64,000 bases of DNA from Tubiluchus corallicola (Eukaryota > Animalia > Priapulida), in assembly GCA_030141605.1 (NCBI GenBank), contig JAQGDQ010000616.1, positions 1 through 64,000 on the forward strand, given 5' to 3'. Made by a program: the position numbers and the translations under genes. This document shows positions 61,101-64,000 of this stretch, in pieces. Position 1 is the stretch's first letter. The number at the start of each line of letters is the position of its first letter. Under the pieces are notes generated by a model. The model saw only the letters and a list, made by a program, of their open reading frames with translations. It was not told where the DNA came from and searched no databases.

Positions 61101-63253
61101 TCTTTTTTCTGCAGCATGGCATCATATGTGGCTCCCTCTTCTGACTGTGGTATCCTCGGTGCACGTCCGTCGGCTACCAAGTTCACAGCTTCTACCTAAG
61201 TTGAGAATAAGAATAAAACTTGCAATTTTTCTGAACTTTCAAAAACAAATTGATCACATTTTTGTCATAAAAACACTTATATTATATTATTTTCTCATAT
61301 ATATATATATATATATATATACAGTCAACCCTCGTTAAACCGGACCCCGTTAGCCCGGATATCGGATAAGACGGACGTCATCCGTGGTAAAGGAAACGGA
61401 CCGATTTCCGAGCGAGCCGGAGCGCTAAACACAACGCGGCCTACCAACTCACCACGAGCCATTGACAGGCCGAAGCAGCTCGCGGTGCCGCCCAGGCTGC
61501 TACGATTCCCGCCAAAATTCAGTTTGCTTACCCCATCGAATACGTATACTGCACTTTTTTATTATTTAAACTGTATAATAATTTCTTTATCCTCACAGGT
61601 TAACTACTTTAAAGTAATATACAGTATAGTATATAGTGCAATGTATATAGGCCTTATTAAGGTGATTATTCCTGTATAATATAGACCATATATAGGCATA
61701 TAGGATAAATCGGACAATCGGCTAAACTGGACCCCCCCCCCCCCCAATTAGTCCGGTTTAACGAGGGTTGACTGTATATGAGAAAATAGTATAATAAGTG
61801 TTTGTATGTATGATATGTATGTGTGTATGTATGATGGCCTGTCTTTCTGTCATACTTGATAGAAAAACAATGACAAAGGATTAACGGATCAAATAACAAA
61901 TTACTTAGAGGATTTCAAAGTAAAAAGTTATTTATGAGAACGTCTTGTTCGGATCCAATTTGTCCAATTTGTCCAGTTTAATCCTACGTAATTCAATTGT
62001 GTTTGTTTTCTACTAAATATTACAAGAAATCAGGTTATAAAAATACACAGTTAGGGAGGACAAAACAAAATAAAAACCAAATTAAGTAATCTACGTTTAT
62101 GCTTAATGAAGCCACAACAAATAACAATGGTTGAGCTTAACATATTTAAGGCTGTAAGTATTTTTTGAACTATTGTTGAAAATTAGACACAACAAATAAC
62201 CTACATCTAAAACGGGTATTGTTTTCCTTTAAATAATTCCCTAATCACGCAAGTGGAAGTACTAACCATGGCCTTGATTCCCTCCGGATACATGAACCTA
62301 TTGTACAGGGTGTCTACTGTGTCATCTGGACGAACATAGCACTCACGTTGCAAGAGTAAGGGCCCTGTGTCCAAACCATCGTCCGCCCAGAAAATTGAAA
62401 ATCCAGCCTTTTTGTCACCTTCTATCAACGTCCTAAAAGTATGTGATGTGCTTTTAAGTAACTGAGATACTCATACAAAACTAATGACACTAATGACAAA
62501 TACTCATACTCAGTTTCCAAGCAAGATCATTGCTAGTAAATCACTCTGTGCACAGACTAATGCATAATTTAGTAAAGTCCATGTAAAACAACTGAAGTTA
62601 CTGAACTGATGCAGCAGATAGCTTTGCTTTACCCACATCACATAATGATTTAGCTAAAACGTGTTACTATGGTACACTTAACCTTTGACCTGCAATAACT
62701 GTGAGTGCGCAAAACGAAACTATGAAAAGGTTTATTAAGTTAAATTAAAGAAAATGAAATTCTCAAAACTGTTTATTTCTTAAACATTTAGTCCAAGTAA
62801 AAAAAGGTACAACATTCATATGTTCAAGTTCCAATCTGAACTTTTAGATTCTATTCCTCCTAAAAGTTGAACCTAGACATTTATTACTATATATGGCCAA
62901 GAAGCCATATCATGCAGTTGTGTAAGGCTAAAAACGACTAGCCAAAATCAGGGCAGCACTCAAGAAACAAAAGTGAAGTATGCACACAATATTTAAATGG
63001 TTAAGAAACTACACTTACCAGTTAATAGCAGAAGCCCCTCTGTGTCGAGGTAAGATGGATGGATGGTAGATTATGCTCTGATGTTTGGGATGATAAATGG
63101 CTTCATTAGGAATAAACTGCGAACAGTACGGTAGCACATTGAGATCCGCGTCAACTGATTTGTACTGCTCCAATACATCCGGTAAAGCTACACCTTTCTT
63201 CCGCCATCGCTGAAACTTGTACACTTTGATTCCATCCTTTTCCGCCTCGCTAG
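14995..63253 (-). CDS. ALDH1L: 10-formyltetrahydrofolate dehydrogenase (ALDH1L1/ALDH1L2 family), spliced gene, 20 coding exons in window, 5' end beyond window
   Basis: Exons 63019-63253, 62267-62432, 61091-61195, 60541-60633, 57643-57780, 56467-56592, 56168-56253, 40956-41103, 40126-40257, 38452-38567, 35858-36008, 34972-35148, 34014-34101, 33145-33238, 31379-31478, 30276-30374, 28421-28494, 26762-26959, 24431-24630, 14995-15071 join in frame (2603 nt) with GT-AG introns. Formyltransferase motifs [10 protein letters not shown] and [11 protein letters not shown] Ser motif [13 protein letters not shown] motifs [43 protein letters not shown]1 versus L2 cannot be decided without the N-terminus. 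Confidence 0.97.
15497..16818. repeat. 92-bp satellite, ~14 copies, partly organised as a 184-bp dimer
   Basis: unit ...ggtcactgaag(c/a)ctg(g/a)acaagtgtaga(t/g)ctatggtcatcttaactgcagttga(g/a)caatagctgtaaaccatttgcatct(g/a)ctaat; period 92 (15601, 15693, 15785). Confidence 0.97.
17411..17483 (+). mobile_element. tRNA-derived SINE head / tRNA pseudogene
   Basis: A-box-like tggtctagctcgg and B-box ggttcaattcc in a T-arm (ctgg...ccag); acceptor and anticodon stems pair poorly. Confidence 0.55.
19011..19150. repeat. Compound (TCAA)n/(TCAG)n microsatellite, probably the tail of a minus-strand LINE 3' UTR
   Basis: atcaatcaat(cagt)n(caat)n directly adjoining tttatt (AATAAA on the minus strand). Confidence 0.95.
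20275..22066. repeat. 57-bp minisatellite, ~28 copies plus degenerate leading copies
   Basis: gctactgtctccatctatggctgcaaagataagaataaaagcttaaacaatgtctgt; the 495-aa ORF 20581..22068 is its 19-aa periodic translation. Confidence 0.97.
24036..24175 (+). mobile_element. tRNA-derived SINE (related copy at 52658-52800)
   Basis: tagctggatggta A-box and gggttcaactc B-box followed by gaccgagtcagaccagagactttaaaaagtagtac. Confidence 0.7.
24431..24630 (-). CDS. ALDH1L: ALDH1L exon (200 bp)
   Basis: [22 protein letters not shown]...[16 protein letters not shown](G); atttag / gtgagt. Confidence 0.95.
25356..25726 (+). mobile_element. LINE-type 3' UTR fragment with (CTATGT)n tail
   Basis: ends aataaatgttctatgtctatgtct; close reverse-complement copy at 36933-37295. 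Confidence 0.8.
26762..26959 (-). CDS. ALDH1L: ALDH1L exon (198 bp)
   Basis: [10 protein letters not shown]...[34 protein letters not shown](M); tttcag / gtgagt. Confidence 0.95.
27220..27710. repeat. Dispersed ~480-bp repeat, second copy at 47880-48358
   Basis: shared blocks attccacgagcgtgttgcacatgtttg, aaattgaagtacagtgctactgt, ctgaactgag.gtacagcac, gtttgtgtggtaa.aattctttcacg. Confidence 0.85.
28421..28494 (-). CDS. ALDH1L: ALDH1L exon (74 bp), not in ORF track
   Basis: [24 protein letters not shown](R); cactag / gtaagt. Confidence 0.94.
29577..30165. mobile_element. Old pogo/Tigger-type MITE
   Basis: TA|cagtaaa...tttactg|TA ends with imperfect ~24-bp TIRs; repeated tcgagtta subterminal motifs. 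Confidence 0.7.
30276..30374 (-). CDS. ALDH1L: ALDH1L exon (99 bp), catalytic Cys; acceptor triplicated upstream
   Basis: [33 protein letters not shown]; ctgtag / gtgag. Confidence 0.94.
30351..30500. repeat. 56-57-bp tandem triplication spanning an ALDH1L acceptor site
   Basis: cttgcctacagaaacaca three times; AG (ct on plus) at 30375, 30432, 30488. Confidence 0.92.
31002..31399. repeat. 81-bp tandem repeat (~5 copies) spanning an ALDH1L donor site
   Basis: gaacttacctgtctgacagctctc five times; GT (ac on plus) at 31377, 31296, 31215, 31134, 31053. Confidence 0.97.
31379..31478 (-). CDS. ALDH1L: ALDH1L exon (100 bp), catalytic Glu motif; donor duplicated downstream
   Basis: [33 protein letters not shown]; tttcag / gtaagt. 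Confidence 0.94.
31667..32438. repeat. 33-bp TTAGG-rich minisatellite, ~23 copies
   Basis: ggattaggaaaagttaggattagttaggttgt(a/g). Confidence 0.97.
32828..33089. mobile_element. hAT-type MITE
   Basis: perfect 14-bp TIR cagggcctatttca / tgaaataggccctg; perfect 8-bp TSD gccatgcc. Confidence 0.93.
33145..33238 (-). CDS. ALDH1L: ALDH1L exon (94 bp)
   Basis: [30 protein letters not shown](S); ttctag / gtcag. Confidence 0.95.
33725..33810. repeat. (TTG)n/(TTA)n microsatellite
   Basis: direct reading. Confidence 0.9.
34014..34101 (-). CDS. ALDH1L: ALDH1L exon (88 bp)
   Basis: [29 protein letters not shown](G); ctatag / gtacgt. Confidence 0.95.
34972..35148 (-). CDS. ALDH1L: ALDH1L exon (177 bp)
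   Basis: [11 protein letters not shown]...[29 protein letters not shown]; attcag / gtaaa. Confidence 0.95.
35564..35795. repeat. 57-bp tandem repeat, 4 copies
   Basis: agtacc(g/a)aaaatca(a/g)agctttctgtacatccttataagtgtaactgcattaaaattt. Confidence 0.95.
35858..36008 (-). CDS. ALDH1L: ALDH1L exon (151 bp)
   Basis: [50 protein letters not shown]; ttctag / gtctg. Confidence 0.95.
36933..37460 (-). mobile_element. Same LINE 3' fragment (minus) with an adjacent inverted partial copy, forming a palindrome
   Basis: (atagac)n tail at 36933; atatgtagtagtttcaaa (37263-37280) mirrored by tttgaaactactacatat (37297-37314); arms ~170 bp. Confidence 0.85.
37471..38339. repeat. 32-bp minisatellite, ~26 copies with 39-bp variants
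   Basis: cattgtttggagccaggcagaaagatcagctt; stop-free in all three plus frames, which produces the three ~300-aa ORFs. Confidence 0.97.
38452..38567 (-). CDS. ALDH1L: ALDH1L exon (116 bp), not in ORF track
   Basis: [38 protein letters not shown](R); gtttag / gtgag. Confidence 0.94.
38740..39735 (-). mobile_element. 5'-truncated, degenerate RTE-clade LINE (RT core to 3' end)
   Basis: [22 protein letters not shown], then KTEEY...CKYIGS and downstream [14 protein letters not shown] segments with stops and frameshifts. Confidence 0.88.
40126..40257 (-). CDS. ALDH1L: ALDH1L exon (132 bp), start of ALDH domain, not in ORF track
   Basis: [44 protein letters not shown]; ttccag / gtatgt. Confidence 0.94.
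40565..40716 (+). mobile_element. Short element with inverted subtermini and a (TTAGGG)-like core; copies at 40785-40830 (partial, -), 47529-47735 (+), 50750-50890 (-)
   Basis: gtttacaaatccccacac ... gtgtggggaattgtaaac; shared acaagaaattagtt block; core of ggatta/gggtta hexamers. Confidence 0.8.
40956..41103 (-). CDS. ALDH1L: ALDH1L exon (148 bp)
   Basis: [28 protein letters not shown]...EVEYNA; ttccag / gtacgt. Confidence 0.94.
41362..42015 (-). mobile_element. Internally deleted hAT (Charlie-like) transposon with transposase C-terminal remnant
   Basis: TIR caggggtccccaa / ttggagaccccta; TSD cgttagag / cgctagag; minus strand [17 protein letters not shown]...LTKQRNR...DLRMKL..LQPNI matches the hAT dimerisation domain. 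Confidence 0.88.
43961..44356 (+). CDS. iGluR exon 1: signal peptide and start of ATD
   Basis: [22 protein letters not shown]...[10 protein letters not shown] then gtatct donor, phase 0; an upstream exon cannot be excluded. Confidence 0.75.
43961..53723 (+). CDS. NMDA-type ionotropic glutamate receptor subunit (GluN3-like scaffold with GluN2-like pore), 7 exons, ~964 aa, nested antisense in an ALDH1L intron
   Basis: Exons 43961-44356, 44882-46444, 47356-47489, 48551-48698, 50359-50478, 50928-51107, 53370-53723 join in frame via GT-AG introns. Signal-peptide-like N-terminus, ATD, S1 with the NMDA Cys loop (CKRGAVCLD...CCTG), [24 protein letters not shown]1, M2 (FNNLVP), M3 (SYTANYAA), S2 ([28 protein letters not shown]), M4 (HMSGLFLVL), C-tail. 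Confidence 0.92.
44882..46444 (+). CDS. iGluR exon 2 (1563 bp): ATD, S1, M1-M3
   Basis: acceptor cttttacag (in-frame alternative ttccag gives start 44891); donor GAGCAG|gtactg; most of the 568-aa ORF 44882..46588. Confidence 0.93.
47356..47489 (+). CDS. iGluR exon 3: S2 first part, not in ORF track
   Basis: [44 protein letters not shown](R); ttttaaag / gtacac. Confidence 0.85.
47529..47735 (+). mobile_element. Copy of the telomere-repeat-cored element
   Basis: ggctaaagtttaaaattccccacttacaagaaattagtt...(ggttag)n...aattgtaaac. Confidence 0.8.
47880..48358. repeat. Dispersed ~480-bp repeat, second copy of 27220-27710
   Basis: same blocks in the same orientation. Confidence 0.85.
48551..48698 (+). 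CDS. iGluR exon 4: S2, not in ORF track
   Basis: [49 protein letters not shown]; tgacag / gtacaa. Confidence 0.9.
48730..48743 (+). promoter_or_regulatory. CTCF consensus site in iGluR intron 4
   Basis: CCACCAGGTGGCAC matches CCASYAGRKGGCRS at all positions; motif match only. Confidence 0.45.
49391..49761. mobile_element. Non-autonomous hAT-like element rich in TCGAA motifs; related inverted copy at ~55788-56138
   Basis: TIR taggggtgagcat / atgctcacccgta; near-TSD atgaccac / atagccac; shared attctctaccaga...aatcgaatcgaa...ttgtgactttt. Confidence 0.75.
50359..50478 (+). CDS. iGluR exon 5: end of S2, not in ORF track
   Basis: [40 protein letters not shown]; caacag / gtagat. Confidence 0.88.
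50750..50890 (-). mobile_element. Copy of the telomere-repeat-cored element
   Basis: caattccccacacaatttaaatac...(ccctaa)n...aactaatttcttgtgtg...ttgtaaac. Confidence 0.8.
50928..51107 (+). CDS. iGluR exon 6: M4 and proximal C-tail
   Basis: [30 protein letters not shown]...STLYR; cctttag / gtgtgt. Confidence 0.88.
51441..51871. repeat. 30-bp minisatellite, ~14 near-identical copies
   Basis: ctgtaacagttatgtgttacctgtaattgt. Confidence 0.97.
52658..52800 (+). mobile_element. tRNA-derived SINE, same family as 24036-24175
   Basis: tagctcaattgtag A-box and ggttcaactcc B-box, then aaccaagtcatgctaaaaacttaaaaaattgtac. Confidence 0.7.
53370..53723 (+). CDS. iGluR probable last exon: disordered cytoplasmic tail
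   Basis: acceptor ctccttcag, phase 0 matches exon 6; GC-richer S/P/E-rich [11 protein letters not shown]...RPRAASMP...EEEEEEEE...GRKQQ*; no homology support, and extra small exons are possible. Confidence 0.65.
   Translation, partial: DPSPRRQSIISSEKPQPISSETNHTQCPRCAWKFVVQRPRAASMPASFQPIYQLPSTSAKFKVPSPVMSEAEEEEEEEEESDIGAVPALTLRQDIQIYTNKQVSVKKRQVNYGRKQQ
55788..56138 (-). mobile_element. Inverted related copy of the 49391-49761 element
   Basis: aaaagtcacaag.ttcgattcgatt...tctggtagagaat and aatttctgtgcacaattt are reverse complements of blocks in 49391-49600. Confidence 0.7.
56168..56253 (-). CDS. ALDH1L: ALDH1L exon (86 bp), acyl-carrier-like domain with phosphopantetheine Ser
   Basis: [28 protein letters not shown](R); acgcag / gtaagt. 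Confidence 0.94.
56467..56592 (-). CDS. ALDH1L: ALDH1L exon (126 bp), not in ORF track
   Basis: [42 protein letters not shown]; ttgcag / gtaat. Confidence 0.92.
57643..57780 (-). CDS. ALDH1L: ALDH1L exon (138 bp)
   Basis: MVTFYGST...[11 protein letters not shown]; ttctag / gtacg. Confidence 0.92.
57994..58359. mobile_element. Possible old MITE
   Basis: cagggccaaattat / ataatccagccctg imperfect TIRs; no clear TSD. Confidence 0.45.
60541..60633 (-). CDS. ALDH1L: ALDH1L exon (93 bp), not in ORF track
   Basis: [31 protein letters not shown]; ttacag / gtaagt. Confidence 0.93.
61091..61195 (-). CDS. ALDH1L: ALDH1L exon (105 bp), not in ORF track
   Basis: [35 protein letters not shown]; cttag / gtaac. 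Confidence 0.93.
61322..61774. mobile_element. Young Tc1/mariner-pogo MITE
   Basis: perfect 24-bp TIR cagtcaaccctcgttaaaccggac / gtccggtttaacgagggttgactg flanked by TA, inside a (TA)n run. Confidence 0.95.
62267..62432 (-). CDS. ALDH1L: ALDH1L exon (166 bp)
   Basis: [28 protein letters not shown]...YPEGIKAM; acceptor ttttag, donor gttag. Confidence 0.95.
63019..63253 (-). CDS. ALDH1L: ALDH1L exon (235 bp), hydrolase/formyltransferase domain
   Basis: (A)[17 protein letters not shown]...[17 protein letters not shown]; acceptor aatag, donor gtaag. Confidence 0.95.
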
Positions 63254-64000
63254 CTATTATATTAGAAAAACACTCATTACTGAAACATTCATAAATTACC
63301 ACAGTACACAGAGATGTAGCAAGGCGGGGCGACAGTGGGCAATCTCCCCTGGGCGCAAGGGTCAAAGAGTGCAAAATTTGTCTAGAGTTCAATAATTGTT
63401 AATCATTACTAGTAATCCAACATTAATAAAAGCAATTACAACAAAATTATTTAGTCAGATATCAACGTTAGCTGAAGGCTAAGGTCGTTACTTACCGGCG
63501 TGTGTAGGGTGTCATGTGGCTTAGCAAATTTTCACTTTTGGGAGAAACAGTTTTTCTAATTACCGATTGTATAGTTGTGAAAACCTGTAGTGTTCTGCAT
63601 TTTTCATAATCTTTCCATGTTTTAATGCTGGAGCTGAATGTTTAAGGACTGGTTAGGGCAGCAAAGTTTTTTTTGCCCCTGGGTTCCATAAGCACTTGCT
63701 GAGATACCGATAGTACTGACTAATTTTACCTGATTCAAATCAATCTGCATATTATATTGAAAATGAAACACACATGAAACAAATGAAACATTTAAACTGT
63801 ATCAACTTTTTAACTTCAGAAGCATACAAAATTTTACGCAACACTTACGTTCTATGCGCTCGCTCTTATAAATAAAGAACAGCCATTTTAAGTGAATGTC
63901 AGTAACTGGATAACATTGATTGTAATCACGAAAACTGAGAATGACAAATATTTTTTACTTTTACACATTTGGCAAATAAAGCTTTGATAAAAAGAAACTG

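Noticed and set aside
63400-64000. Missing first ALDH1L coding exon (MKIAVIGQS-like); a donor-like gtaagt lies near 63494
   Set aside because: No matching peptide in any minus frame; the exon must lie beyond the window.

Overview
AT-rich, intron- and repeat-rich animal (invertebrate-like) genomic DNA; not prokaryotic, so no operons or CRISPR arrays. Two spliced genes can be reconstructed by hand. (1) On the minus strand, 20 coding exons (63253 down to the stop at 14995) of a 10-formyltetrahydrofolate dehydrogenase (ALDH1L1/ALDH1L2 family). All introns are GT-AG with compatible phases; the first ~40 codons lie beyond the window end. (2) On the plus strand, fully nested in the 15.06-kb ALDH1L intron (41104-56167), a 7-exon, ~964-aa NMDA-type ionotropic glutamate receptor subunit (43961-53723). 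This receptor is the most unusual object here. It has a GluN3-like scaffold but a GluN2-type 'FNN' pore loop and GluN2-type S2 ligand residues, and its normally near-invariant gate motif SYTANLAAF reads [10 protein letters not shown] second theme is tandem duplication of ALDH1L splice junctions: one donor is present 5 times in frame, one acceptor 3 times and another twice. The rest is minisatellites (one apparently seeded from CTCF-like motifs, one with higher-order dimer structure, one built from TTAGG), hAT and Tc1/pogo MITEs with recognisable TIRs/TSDs, LINE and SINE remnants, and a dispersed element carrying telomere-like repeats. Most long ORFs in the supplied track are repeat artefacts. 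Family comparisons are from memory of reference proteins, and no database search was run.
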